NCBI GenBank assembly: GCA_016214605.1
Contig: JACROD010000018.1
Coordinates: forward strand, 1-51,332
DNA length: 51,332 nt
Reading direction: 5' to 3'
DNA from: Candidatus Kaiserbacteria bacterium
GTDB taxonomy: Bacteria > Patescibacteriota > Minisyncoccia > Phycocordibacterales > UBA2100
A program made the translations under genes and the position numbers. The notes under the pieces are model-generated. The model was not told the DNA's origin. It saw only the letters and a list, made by a program, of their open reading frames with translations, and did not search any database. Within the stretch, counting starts at the first letter, position 1. Each line of letters opens with the position of its first letter. Positions 37,987 through 47,936 of this stretch are shown here, piece after piece.

Positions 37987-38493
37987 TCAGTGTGTCCAAG
38001 CGATCTGCCCGGCCACACTCACGGTGATCGTCGATATGTGCCCCGCCTGATCGTCCAAAACGACTGTCGTAAACGAACTTGATCCCGATAATTGCGAGAA
38101 GACGAACTCCGACGCGCCGCTTGTGGTAGCGACATCCAATTTGAAAACCGAATCAGCACTGGGATCACGCGTCGAATACGCAGGACCTTGAAAGAGAGTA
38201 ATCGTATTATCGGATAATATCTTAACACCGTGCGACGTACCGTCCGTACAATTCCCGCCGATACATATGTTGTTCATCGCTTCGGCGCGAGCACGCTGAA
38301 GCACCGCGACAAACGTATTGCGATCTGCGTGAAAACTCGATCCATGGAAAGATGCCATGCTCGCAAAAAGCGCCGATCCGCCGAGCAAAACGACTATTCC
38401 CACGACGATGAGTACCTCAAATATCGTGAATCCGGCACTTTTTGAAACGCCTTTTTTCGAAGAACTATGCGCGAATCTTTTGCGATATTTCAT
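37987..38493 (-). CDS. Minor prepilin (FimT/GspH-like)
   Basis: AGFTIFEVLIVVGI…LQRARAEAM…C-terminal VSVAGQI. Confidence 0.85.
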   Translation of the reverse strand: MKYRKRFAHSSSKKGVSKSAGFTIFEVLIVVGIVVLLGGSALFASMASFHGSSFHADRNTFVAVLQRARAEAMNNICIGGNCTDGTSHGVKILSDNTITLFQGPAYSTRDPSADSVFKLDVATTSGASEFVFSQLSGSSSFTTVVLDDQAGHISTITVSVAGQIAWTH

Positions 38494-38494
38494 A

Positions 38495-39568
38495 TCAGCG
38501 CGGACCGAGGCTTTGCGTGATCGAGTAGATCGGAGTAATGATCGATACCGCAATAAAACCGACAATGAGACCCATAACGATCATGAGCACCGGCTCAAGG
38601 AGCGTCGTGAGGTTTTTGGTCAGTTCACTGATCTCCTCTTCATAGATCTCCGCACTGTATTCAAACGCATCACTCAGGCTTCCTGTCGACTCCCCTATGA
38701 CGATCATTTGCACGAACATTTCTGGAAAGAGCCTCGGGCTCTGCCTGAAATACTGGGATATGTCTTGTCCTTGAATGACGCGGTCGCGCGCTACAACAAG
38801 CGCACGTCGATATGCAAGATCACGCGTCGAAGCGGCAGCTAGGTCGAGTGCAGCAACGATGCGGACGTCGCTCCTCAAAAGAAGCGCCATTGTGCGTGAA
38901 ATATTCGCGAGATTATAGTAGCGCGAAAGCGCGCCAAACAGCGGTATATGCAAAAGAAGGTGATCAAACCAGTAACGAACATTCGGTATACGCATGAGAA
39001 AGATGAGACAAAACACGAACGCAGCAACACCGAAGAAAAGCAACACGCCCCATGCGCTCAAGAAATTCGAGATAGTGATGAGTACGCGCGTCGAGAGCGG
39101 CAAGGTCGTTTTTACACTCGCGAAGATCGGGATGATCTTGGGAAAGATATAGATCGTAAGCATGGTGACGATGCCGATCGTTGCGACCACAATGACCGCC
39201 GGATACACGAGAGCGCCAACGACTTTGCGCCGCAATGCCTGCTTTCGCTTCATATCTTCGGCAAGGTATTCGAGATTCTCCCGCAGAGTACCCGACGCTT
39301 CTCCGACGCGAATGATATTGACGCAGAATTCGCCGAAGTGTCGCTCGAATCGAGCCAATCCGCTCGAAAGCGATTGACCATTGGAGACATCGGCGATCAA
39401 ACTCTTATAGATATATGTTGAGGAGCGCGTACGAGATTCGTCACCGAGCATACGGAGCGCCTCCATCAAAGGGATCCCCGAACGCATGATCATCCCAAGC
39501 CGCTTCATAAAAAGAATACGATCCTGCAGACGGAAGCGCACAAATATCGGCTGTTTTATTCTATTCAT
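38495..39568 (-). CDS. pilC: Type IV pilus platform protein PilC/GspF
   Basis: SGIPLMEAL, VGEASGTL, ALVYP, IGESTGSL, LLEPVLM. Confidence 0.93.
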   Translation of the reverse strand: MNRIKQPIFVRFRLQDRILFMKRLGMIMRSGIPLMEALRMLGDESRTRSSTYIYKSLIADVSNGQSLSSGLARFERHFGEFCVNIIRVGEASGTLRENLEYLAEDMKRKQALRRKVVGALVYPAVIVVATIGIVTMLTIYIFPKIIPIFASVKTTLPLSTRVLITISNFLSAWGVLLFFGVAAFVFCLIFLMRIPNVRYWFDHLLLHIPLFGALSRYYNLANISRTMALLLRSDVRIVAALDLAAASTRDLAYRRALVVARDRVIQGQDISQYFRQSPRLFPEMFVQMIVIGESTGSLSDAFEYSAEIYEEEISELTKNLTTLLEPVLMIVMGLIVGFIAVSIITPIYSITQSLGPR

Positions 39569-40832
39569 AACGCATGCGTAGCACTTCTTCTATCGTAGTG
39601 ACCCCTTGCGCCGCCTTGCAAAAACCATCGACGATCATCGGCATCATTCCGTTTTTGATCGCCCGCGACTGTATTTCGCCCGCGGAAGCTTTGCTCAAAA
39701 TCGCATCGCGGATCGTTGTGTCGATCTCAAGCACTTCATGTATGCCTGCACGACCCCGATAGCCGGTACCATTGCATGTGACACATCCCGCTCCGACGTA
39801 AAAGGTCCCGTGCTCGAAAAGCAGCTCCGACGGTATGATCTCGCTGAGACTTCGGCGTTCGAGCTCGGAGAGCGGACGCGTCTTTTTGCATTGTTTGCAA
39901 ATACGGCGCACCAGACGTTGGCCGATCGCGATACTGACCGTCGATGCGATGAGATATGGCTCGATCTTCATGTCGAGCAAGCGCGGCAACGTGGTCGACG
40001 CGTTGTTGGTGTGAAGCGTCGAGAGAATAAGGTGGCCGGTAAGCGCCGTATTGACCGCGATCCCCGCCGTCTCCTTATCGCGGATCTCTCCCACCATGAC
40101 GATATTGGGATCTTGGCGCAGTACGCTGCGCAGTCCATTGCCAAAAGTGAGTCCAGTGCGATCATTTACTTGTATCTGGTTGACCCCTTCGAGCGAATAT
40201 TCGATTGGATCTTCGATCGTAATGATCGAAACATCAGGCTGATTGAGCATCTTGACCAAGGTGTAGAGCGTCGTAGTCTTGCCGCTGCCCGTCGGGCCGG
40301 TCGCGAGGATCATGCCGTACGGTTTGCGCGCCGCCTTCAATATCTTTGCGCTATTGTCCGGCGTGAAGCCGAGCTTTTCGAGTGTAAACTCTTCAGCCTG
40401 ATCTGAGAGCAGGCGCATAACGACATTCTCACCATGATACGTCGGTATGATCGAGACGCGTACATTAAGTGAAGGTCCGGCACCTGACACTGCTCGAAAG
40501 CGACCATCTTGTGCCGCCTGATGTTCGTCGGTACGCAACCCCGAAAGCACCTTGATACGCGAGATGATCTCGGCATGGACAGAGAGCGGCAATATCTGCG
40601 ATTCCTGCAAAGATCCGTCGATCCGCAACCGAACCACCACTCCCCCTGGCCGCGGATCAAGGTGTATGTCAGAGGCTCGCGCGACACAGGCCGATTCGAT
40701 CAGATCGTCCACCAGACGCACCACAGATCCTTCAATTCCCTTGGACGCCTCACGCGTCACGCCTGACCCATCCCTCACTACAGCAGTGGACGCCCTTTTT
40801 GATCTAAAAGGATGGAGACCCCTTATTTTCAT
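39561..40832 (-). CDS. pilB: Type IV pilus assembly ATPase PilB/GspE (short N-terminus)
   Basis: ASDIH, QDGR, GPTGSGKTTTLY, IEDPIEY, LRQDPN, TGHLILSTLHTN, CxxC…CxxC. Confidence 0.94.
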   Translation of the reverse strand: MKIRGLHPFRSKRASTAVVRDGSGVTREASKGIEGSVVRLVDDLIESACVARASDIHLDPRPGGVVVRLRIDGSLQESQILPLSVHAEIISRIKVLSGLRTDEHQAAQDGRFRAVSGAGPSLNVRVSIIPTYHGENVVMRLLSDQAEEFTLEKLGFTPDNSAKILKAARKPYGMILATGPTGSGKTTTLYTLVKMLNQPDVSIITIEDPIEYSLEGVNQIQVNDRTGLTFGNGLRSVLRQDPNIVMVGEIRDKETAGIAVNTALTGHLILSTLHTNNASTTLPRLLDMKIEPYLIASTVSIAIGQRLVRRICKQCKKTRPLSELERRSLSEIIPSELLFEHGTFYVGAGCVTCNGTGYRGRAGIHEVLEIDTTIRDAILSKASAGEIQSRAIKNGMMPMIVDGFCKAAQGVTTIEEVLRMRYE

Positions 40833-40979
40833 GGGGCCCATCATACACGGCGCGAGCGGCAATGCCAAAACAGAGATTTTACATATCGCACGGGGTTACC
40901 GCTCCAGTAGTCCTAAAAAGAAAAAGGCCGCAATACGTGTGTATCGCGGCCCTTTGTTCGTTAACCCCGAACGGAGCAT

Positions 40980-41945
40980 TTAGCTTCCTCGAAAGATTGG
41001 CAAGAACCACATGAAGACTTCTATGCGCCAGCTAGACGCATACGCAAGCCATCTCGTTACCTCGATCCACTCGCGCAGCTCTCGCACGAAGAGTTCCTTT
41101 TGCAGCTCGTGATCATTCACCGCGACCGAAGGACGCAGTTTGTAGATTGCTTCTCGAGTCTCGTTGATCACTCGGATCATCTCTCCCAAGGGGCTCTCAG
41201 TTGTTGGAATTTGGAAGTTACCCTTTCCTATTTCCTTTCGACAAGAACGCCGACTCAAAGATTTTGGCGTGGGCGTCTCAGTGAGGCAGCGCTGTCGAGC
41301 ACTCTGCAAACGCGGAAGCGCCTTTTGGAGCACTCTGATGATCGCATCTTCGTACACCATGTCAGGGACCTTCTTGATTGCCTGCACGCAAGAGTACATC
41401 ACATTGTCGAGGTTTTGCCGTACTCCCTCGACCTCGGAGATACCCTTGGTCGTGCCGACATATTCTGCCAACACGTGATCCAAGCGTTCCGTCCCTGTGC
41501 CCATTTTGACTCGATCGGTACGAGAAAGTGCGCGCAGCGCACGTTCGATCTTGCCAAGCATGTCAGGCGCCTCGAATTTTGACACCACACGCCGCACTCC
41601 GAATTCACGCAAAGACTTGGATAGCCCCCGCATCACTTCGGCAGCGAGGATGTCGGTCTCTTTCTCGGCAAGAAATTGAGCTCTTTCCGCGAATCGAAAC
41701 GCCGCGGCCCCAGCTGCTCGCTTGGTCTGTTCGCAAGGCATTCTCATACCCGATCCGAACACACACTTATGCAATTCCCACATCCTCCAAAAAAAGAGGA
41801 GTAGGATCACAAAGAATGCGACCGTCAGCATGCCCGTAGCAATCCAGAGCGGAAATAGGTTGATGATCGTCACCACCCCATCGCCAGCCTGGGTCGTGTC
41901 ATGACTTGCATGAAGATCGATGATCTTCTCGTTTAGATCAAACAT
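40980..41945 (-). CDS. Hypothetical membrane-anchored helical protein
   Basis: AAGGAGG SD, TTGACG-17-TATTCT promoter, one N-terminal TM, terminator at 40926-40951. Confidence 0.65.
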   Translation of the reverse strand: MFDLNEKIIDLHASHDTTQAGDGVVTIINLFPLWIATGMLTVAFFVILLLFFWRMWELHKCVFGSGMRMPCEQTKRAAGAAAFRFAERAQFLAEKETDILAAEVMRGLSKSLREFGVRRVVSKFEAPDMLGKIERALRALSRTDRVKMGTGTERLDHVLAEYVGTTKGISEVEGVRQNLDNVMYSCVQAIKKVPDMVYEDAIIRVLQKALPRLQSARQRCLTETPTPKSLSRRSCRKEIGKGNFQIPTTESPLGEMIRVINETREAIYKLRPSVAVNDHELQKELFVRELREWIEVTRWLAYASSWRIEVFMWFLPIFRGS

Positions 41946-42078
41946 GACTCCCTCCTTTCTGTGTGGGGTCTCTGTCGTGACTCTATACATACTATCTTCT
42001 AAAGGAGAGAATACGGTGAGATTGACTTCACGTCAAGTGCATGAAGTCCCGACCAAACGATGTCGCAACAGAGCCCTA

Positions 42079-42768
42079 TTACCAACCCTTGGCTGTGATC
42101 GCCTTTTGCGCGGCATCTTGCTCGGCCTCCTGCTTGGATCTCCCCTCGCCCATCGCGGCTTTGGTGCCGCCGAGGAAGACCGCGATCATGAAGCGTTTGT
42201 CATGATCGGGACCGACCTGATTGATCAGCTCGTAGGTCGGCGTGACACCCATCTTGTCCTGCGCCACTTCTTGCAAGCGGCTCTTCGGGTCCTGCCACAG
42301 GCGCTTCTCCACGATCTCATCGGCCTTGTACAGTATGTGCTTGTCGATAAAATCGCGCGCAGTCGCGTACCCATCGTCGAGGTAAAGCGCGCCGATGAGC
42401 GCCTCGAAAGCATTGGCGAGAATGATCCCGCGCGCACGACCGGTGTCCTTGGCCTCTCCACGCGAAAGGAGGAGGTAGTCGTTCATCCCGAGCTTCGTTG
42501 CCGCGTCCGAAATACTGACCGTGTTGACCAAGGCCGCACGATACGCAGTCAGATCACCCTCGGGCTTGTCGGGATACTTGGCGAAGAGGAATTCGGTGGC
42601 CACAAGCTCCAAGACTGCATCGCCGAGGAATTCGAGACGCTCGTTGTGCTCGCGCCCCGGCGCGCGATTTTCATTCAAATATGACCGATGGGTAAAAGCC
42701 GCCTCGAGCAAACGCCGATCTTTGAAGGTATATCCGATCTTTTCCTCGAAAGTTGAGAAGGTGGGCAT
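42079..42768 (-). CDS. rnc: Ribonuclease III
   Basis: HRSY, NERLEFLGDAVLEL, FEALIGALYLD, dsRBD DPKSRLQE. Confidence 0.97.
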   Translation of the reverse strand: MPTFSTFEEKIGYTFKDRRLLEAAFTHRSYLNENRAPGREHNERLEFLGDAVLELVATEFLFAKYPDKPEGDLTAYRAALVNTVSISDAATKLGMNDYLLLSRGEAKDTGRARGIILANAFEALIGALYLDDGYATARDFIDKHILYKADEIVEKRLWQDPKSRLQEVAQDKMGVTPTYELINQVGPDHDKRFMIAVFLGGTKAAMGEGRSKQEAEQDAAQKAITAKGW

Positions 42769-42836
42769 GTTCGATAAGTAATTAGCCACTAGGGTATAGC
42801 CACTAGTAAAAACTCAATTAAATCAGCCCCTAAACC

Positions 42837-43781
42837 CTAATCGCTAGTGGCTAGTGGCTGTTTTTTTGCGAGGATATTGATAGCGGGAATGATGATCTTG
42901 AGCGTGTCTTCGTAAAAATTGAGGTCGCCGACCGCCGCGAGCGGAAACCACTGCGCATCATCCAGACCACCGGTCTTCTTGAGGTGCACATCGGTGAAGG
43001 GAGACTCGGCGAGGAAGTAGCTCACGTGTTTGCGCTTCTTGCCGCCGGGGATGTTGGCGTCGTTGGCGGTGTATTCGTTTTCACCGAGTTTTTCTTTGAT
43101 CACAATGTCGAGGTCCATTTCTTCTTTGATCTCGCGCACGGCGGCCTCCTCGATACTCTCGTCCTTAAACTCTTCTTTGTCGCCCACCTTGCCCTTGGAG
43201 ATGGTCCAGTGTCCAAAAATGTCGTGGACAAACGCGAGATAGATCTCGTCTTCGGAGCGCGCAAAGACCACTGCCCCGGCAAGATATTCGGTCGGCATCT
43301 TGTGGATCTTTTTTTGCTTTTCGTCCTTGTGCTGACTACCATCGGCCTTACCGGGACTCCCGAGCTCGATGTAGACCGCACCCAAGACGCCGTTGACAAA
43401 CCGGCTCGATGAAGCACCACCGAAGCCCTTGGCGAGTTCAATTGCTTCGTTGATCGCGACCTTGGCCGGCACCTGTGAACGATCCGCAAAGAGGAGTTCT
43501 GCGAGACCGACGCGCAGAATATTGCGATCGATCGCCGCGATCTTTTCGAGCGGCCATTCCGGTGCGGCGCGCACGATCACTTCATCGATCTCTTTTTGTT
43601 TGGAGATAACGAGCTGAAGCAGCTGCTTCATGAAGGGCATATCGGATTCACGCGTGCCAAACTCGGCTCCATAATCCGCAAGGCGGCTCACGCACCGATC
43701 CGCTGTCATGGTCCCACCGGACTGATCGCGCTCGAAGAGAGCTTGGAGAACGACAGATCGAGCTAGATGTCTGTTTGCCAT
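42837..43781 (-). CDS. nusB: Transcription antitermination factor NusB fused to a NUDIX domain
   Basis: RHLARS, IDRNILR, VAINEAIELAK, FVNGVLG; then WTISKGK…EEAAVREIKEEMDL. Confidence 0.93.
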   Translation of the reverse strand: MANRHLARSVVLQALFERDQSGGTMTADRCVSRLADYGAEFGTRESDMPFMKQLLQLVISKQKEIDEVIVRAAPEWPLEKIAAIDRNILRVGLAELLFADRSQVPAKVAINEAIELAKGFGGASSSRFVNGVLGAVYIELGSPGKADGSQHKDEKQKKIHKMPTEYLAGAVVFARSEDEIYLAFVHDIFGHWTISKGKVGDKEEFKDESIEEAAVREIKEEMDLDIVIKEKLGENEYTANDANIPGGKKRKHVSYFLAESPFTDVHLKKTGGLDDAQWFPLAAVGDLNFYEDTLKIIIPAINILAKKQPLATSD

Positions 43782-43824
43782 TTTGATTGAGATCAGGGGA
43801 TAAAGAGCAAGGTTCTGAGTGATT

Positions 43825-44091
43825 TTATGTCTTGGCTGGTTCTAATTCTTGGTCGGTATTTTGTGAGACTGGCTGATCGACACTGCGGCGCTTAGCGCGT
43901 CGGGCCTCGCGCTCGGCGCGGGCGACCACGTCGACTACTATTTTATCATTATATTTGCCGCATGCGGGGCAAACACGGTGAGACTGGCGCAGAGCGCCAC
44001 ACGAGCATGTAGAAAGACGCACACCGGAGATAGCGTGATGGCTGCGTCGTTTGCCTGTTTTTGAGCGGTTTACCCGCATTCGTACTACCAT
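43825..44091 (-). CDS. rpmF: 50S ribosomal protein L32
   Basis: RRSHHA…CSCG…HRVCPACGKY. Confidence 0.92.
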   Translation of the reverse strand: MVVRMRVNRSKTGKRRSHHAISGVRLSTCSCGALRQSHRVCPACGKYNDKIVVDVVARAEREARRAKRRSVDQPVSQNTDQELEPAKT

Positions 44092-44139
44092 AAGCGCGAT
44101 TATAGCTTATATCCTTGCCTTTGCAAGTATACTGCTTTT

Positions 44140-44646
44140 TTACTTGATCACGATGGGGATAGTGACCGAATCATCGTTTTCCGGAAGACCAGACGGATTG
44201 TCGCGCAGAAGAATGAGGTCCGCCGGACCCTTATAATTACCTTCGATATTGACCGCAGCGGTAAAGGATACGAGATTGGTTGTCATCCAATCACCTTGCG
44301 CATTGGCATGGCTGCGGCCGATCACATTACCCTCCTGATCGCGAACTTGGATCGGAAACGATGCCTCAAAATACCAATTGCCGGGAGCCTTGCCGGATAT
44401 TGAAAATGTGGCTTCGACCGAAGCGCCGGAAGCAGGCTCCGCGACGGACACACGCTCCGAAAGCGGTGTGGTCGAGGTCGGTGTCGCCGCTACAGGAGCC
44501 GTCGTGGCTGCAGGAGTCTCAGTGAGATTCGTGGTAGACGGCTGATCGGCAACCCTCGGCAGCTGAGCAAAGATGATCCAACTCAAGACCCCGATGACTA
44601 CGAGTAAAAAGAGGACGATAACGAACCAGATGAAATTTGCTCTCAT
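44140..44646 (-). CDS. Gmad2 immunoglobulin-like domain membrane protein
   Basis: N-terminal TM, Thr/Pro linker, GNWYFEASFP, WMT, DNPSGLPEN. Confidence 0.85.
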   Translation of the reverse strand: MRANFIWFVIVLFLLVVIGVLSWIIFAQLPRVADQPSTTNLTETPAATTAPVAATPTSTTPLSERVSVAEPASGASVEATFSISGKAPGNWYFEASFPIQVRDQEGNVIGRSHANAQGDWMTTNLVSFTAAVNIEGNYKGPADLILLRDNPSGLPENDDSVTIPIVIK

Positions 44647-44727
44647 GTTTTCATTATACCATTTGGCGTGTATTTTTATTTCAAAAGATCGACCGCGCGA
44701 ACATGTGTCGAGCGGTCTTTTGATCGT

Positions 44728-45006
44728 TCAGTAGATAATGGGCCTGCCGTCCTTGTCGCGGTGAATTTTCGAATAATTCGCCGCCACAGGTATGTTGTTT
44801 TCTTCGAGCGACAGCGTGTTCAGACGGCTGTGGAAAATCACGAGCAAGCCGTCGACGATGGCTCTATTGGACCCCGACGATGCCACAAACGTCATCCGCC
44901 CCTGCATTTCCTGGACCTGTTTATGCAAGTTCTTCAGGTCTTGTTGGACGCGTGTTAAAGCCGGATTTGGCGCGGGATTCGGATAATCATACGGGATACC
45001 GACCAT
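44728..45006 (-). CDS. Hypothetical protein
   Basis: AGGAG SD, TTGACG-17-TACGGT promoter, hairpin at 44691-44717. Confidence 0.6.
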   Translation of the reverse strand: MVGIPYDYPNPAPNPALTRVQQDLKNLHKQVQEMQGRMTFVASSGSNRAIVDGLLVIFHSRLNTLSLEENNIPVAANYSKIHRDKDGRPIIY

Positions 45007-45091
45007 ATTGATCTCTCCTGTTCTCTATGCTCTATGCTGGCGTACCTGAATGTACCGTACCACCTACAGAAATGTACGTCAATAATCTGCA

Positions 45092-46081
45092 CTATTGCGT
45101 TCCCGCACTGATCATCGACCAATAGTCGGCAAGTTTGCTCTCGAGCACCGAGATGGGACTCTGCGCACAGACTCGATCAAGCTCTTGAACATCGCCTTTG
45201 GTGAGCGCGATCTTGGCACCCTGATTGAAAGCTGCCATGACTGCTTGATTATCGTCGACGTGATCGAGTCCGATCGCATGACCCATCTCGTGCGCCAAGA
45301 CCCGCACAAGCTTGGTATGATTCTCGTATTCAAAAATAGTGATCGTGCGCTTGCCGAGGCCGCTCTCGTATACCCCCTGCTCGAATTCCCCGTCCGCAAG
45401 CGCGCCGATCGTGTTGTACTTGCCAACGTCGAGATTGAGCGTCTTGGCCAGAGCGTTGATCTCGCCGACGAGCACATTGATCGTATCAACGTCGGTATTG
45501 ACCGATGTCTGCGATTGCCGAAGCTGCGCTTGTTTCTCCGTGAGACGGTTCTTTTCCGCCTGCAGTTGTGCGTAGACATCTTGAGGAGCGCCGCCACGCA
45601 CGTTCCACGAATCTACTTCGGACTGGTATTGCGCGGCGTCTTTTTTGAACGTATCGTTCGCCGCAATAAAAGCGGTTTTCTTCTGTTCGTAGCTGGCATA
45701 TAGATCGGCGTACTGCCGCTTGAGCGCGTCATACGATGCGCGGTCTTGATCGACACTTTGACCGATGGTACTAAGCTTCTGCGTCGTCTCTTGGCGCGTG
45801 TCGTATTCAAAACTAACGACGACGTACCCGTGCTCTTGATCGTATGACAGGAGGCCACGATCAGCATTCCACAGACTTGCCGCTTCTTTCATGTCGGCGA
45901 GAGCGGTCGATGTCGAGAGGCCGAATTGCGGATCAATCGTGCCGAGCCGATAGGTGATCGGCACACGGCACGGAAAAAGCACCGCGTATGTCTGCATAGA
46001 GACAGTGTAGAGCGGGGCTCGCCATGCGTATATGGCGAGCCCCGCTACTATAGCTACCGCGAGCGTCTTGAGGATTTTCAT
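45092..46081 (-). CDS. Matrixin-family (metzincin) metalloprotease with coiled-coil insert
   Basis: HEMGHAIGLDH followed by Met-turn AVM; N-terminal membrane anchor. Confidence 0.88.
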   Translation of the reverse strand: MKILKTLAVAIVAGLAIYAWRAPLYTVSMQTYAVLFPCRVPITYRLGTIDPQFGLSTSTALADMKEAASLWNADRGLLSYDQEHGYVVVSFEYDTRQETTQKLSTIGQSVDQDRASYDALKRQYADLYASYEQKKTAFIAANDTFKKDAAQYQSEVDSWNVRGGAPQDVYAQLQAEKNRLTEKQAQLRQSQTSVNTDVDTINVLVGEINALAKTLNLDVGKYNTIGALADGEFEQGVYESGLGKRTITIFEYENHTKLVRVLAHEMGHAIGLDHVDDNQAVMAAFNQGAKIALTKGDVQELDRVCAQSPISVLESKLADYWSMISAGTQ

Positions 46082-46107
46082 ACGTCGAGACCCCACGCAC
46101 TTGGTGA

Positions 46108-46560
46108 TTACTTCTTTTTCGCTACCGCCTTCTTGACGGCCTTCTTCACCGTTTTCGCGCTCTTGGCGGCACTCTTCTGGACGGCTTTGGAGGTCTTTTG
46201 GGCGCCCTTACCCAATTCTTCCGCGAGCTTCTTCCAGTTGGCCTTGAGCTCCTTGGTCGCCTTGGCAAGCTCCTTGGGGTCGATGTTTTTCACCGCCTTG
46301 TATTTCTTGCCGGCTTCCGCGACTATCGCGGTCATGATCTTACTATCGAGCTGCTTGACCTTCTTGGCCTGCTTGACCACATCATCTTTGAAGTCCTTGG
46401 CCCACTTCTTGGCGATCTTGCGATGCTTGACCGCATCCTTGCTCGCGTAGAAATAATATCCGACCGCAGCTGCACCGGTAGCAGCGACCGCGCCGACCAC
46501 CGCGCCAATCCCGGCTGCCTGCTCCGTACTCATCCCCTTGTTCGTATTACCGTTTGCCAT
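46108..46560 (-). CDS. Lys/Ala-rich small membrane-anchored protein (YtxH-like)
   Basis: GAVVGAVAATGAAAVGYYF followed by a basic amphipathic tail. Confidence 0.75.
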   Translation of the reverse strand: MANGNTNKGMSTEQAAGIGAVVGAVAATGAAAVGYYFYASKDAVKHRKIAKKWAKDFKDDVVKQAKKVKQLDSKIMTAIVAEAGKKYKAVKNIDPKELAKATKELKANWKKLAEELGKGAQKTSKAVQKSAAKSAKTVKKAVKKAVAKKK

Positions 46561-46641
46561 AAGCTTTCAGTATTAAACATTGCTAACCAATAAATACTCC
46601 TGCCTATTTGCGCGACCAGATTTTCTTGACGGTACTCCGTC

Positions 46642-46935
46642 TTAGAAAATCCGAGTACCCTTGCGGTGCTTCTTGCGCGTAAAACGGCCAAGAGTCAAAG
46701 AGTAGAGGTCGAACAAATTCTTGAATTTGAGACCTTTTTCGCGCACATTCTTGCGCAGATCGGCGATATCCTCACGCATGAGCTTACTCTCTTCTGAAAA
46801 TTCGTGAGAGATGTGTTCGACCTCCGTGAGGATCTGATAGATGCGGAAAAAGATAAAAGCGAGCAAAAGACCGAGGATCGCGACCGTCACCGTAGTCACC
46901 AAAAAGAATATGTGCATTTGGGCAAAGTCGGTCAT
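46642..46935 (-). CDS. Hypothetical membrane protein
   Basis: Single TM plus coiled coil; TACAAT 6 nt before the ATG. Confidence 0.7.
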   Translation of the reverse strand: MTDFAQMHIFFLVTTVTVAILGLLLAFIFFRIYQILTEVEHISHEFSEESKLMREDIADLRKNVREKGLKFKNLFDLYSLTLGRFTRKKHRKGTRIF

Positions 46936-46947
46936 GAGACTATTGTA

Positions 46948-47343
46948 CTACTTCTCCTCCAAATCCAAACATACCGAATTAATACAGTACCGCTTGCCTG
47001 TGGGAGTGGGGCCGTCGTCGAAGATATGCCCGAGATGCGAGCCACACCGCGCACAGGTGATCTCGGTGCGGGTCATGCCATGACTGGTATCGGAGTGTGT
47101 CTCGACCGCGCCGGGCAAGGCCTGGTCAAAAGAAGGCCAGCCGGTGCCGGAGTCAAATTTTGCATCCGAGCTAAAGAGCGGATTGCCGCAAGCGGCACAA
47201 GCATAGGTACCGTCTGCCTTCTCATGTACATATTCACCCGTAAAAGGCGCCTCGGTCCCCCGCTCGCGCAAGACCGCGTACTGCTCGGGGGTGAGCATTT
47301 TCTTCCAGTCTTCTTCATGTTCGGGCATGGGTTTTTTGGTCAT
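46948..47343 (-). CDS. msrB: Peptide-methionine (R)-S-oxide reductase
   Basis: [35 protein letters not shown]. Confidence 0.97.
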   Translation of the reverse strand: MTKKPMPEHEEDWKKMLTPEQYAVLRERGTEAPFTGEYVHEKADGTYACAACGNPLFSSDAKFDSGTGWPSFDQALPGAVETHSDTSHGMTRTEITCARCGSHLGHIFDDGPTPTGKRYCINSVCLDLEEK

Positions 47344-47412
47344 ATCTATATTATAGCAAATCGACCAAAGAAAAACCGCTCCATTTTACGGGAGCGGTTT
47401 GCTATCTGGCGA

Positions 47413-47823
47413 TCATTTGTCCGAAGGTTCATCGGAATACACGATCCCGCATTGTCCTTCGACGAATCCGGCATCACGAGCATCCTTGCGAGCCGTCCAC
47501 CTACCCCAATGGACAAAAACCTCTTCCTTTGGTGTGAATCCGACAAAAGTCTCCTCATGCCCCCGACTGTCATTACAATGCAGGGCATAGATCGTCGTGT
47601 CGGGCCGCACATGATACGGTCGGCAATCCGAATGAGTCTCAAACACACACCGAGTAAACGATTCGATGAGCGCTTCGTCTATCGTATTCTTCTGATCGCT
47701 CGTCGTGACATGGCCGCTTCGCGACACGGCCCACCCGACCCAAGGACCCCTCGGATCCACTTCGGCGCGCGCCGTGGCGCAGAGCCCCAGCGTGAGCGCA
47801 ATGATACCGATGATCTTGATCAT
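47413..47823 (-). CDS. Secreted Cys-containing hypothetical protein (possibly DUF4189-like)
   Basis: Signal peptide …ATARA, paired cysteines, AAGGAG SD, TCGACA-17-TACTAT promoter. Confidence 0.6.
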   Translation of the reverse strand: MIKIIGIIALTLGLCATARAEVDPRGPWVGWAVSRSGHVTTSDQKNTIDEALIESFTRCVFETHSDCRPYHVRPDTTIYALHCNDSRGHEETFVGFTPKEEVFVHWGRWTARKDARDAGFVEGQCGIVYSDEPSDK

Positions 47824-47936
47824 ATGACATCTCCTTTTTGCCTCGATAGTATCCGCGTACGATAGTAACGTTGATCATCTCCCATGTCGAGGAAAAAGAA
47901 AACCGCGCCGGCCCTTGAGGGGTCGACGCGGCTGGA

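Noticed and set aside
46804-47865. 353-aa plus-strand ORF
   Set aside because: Spans three opposite-strand genes, including msrB, and a terminator.
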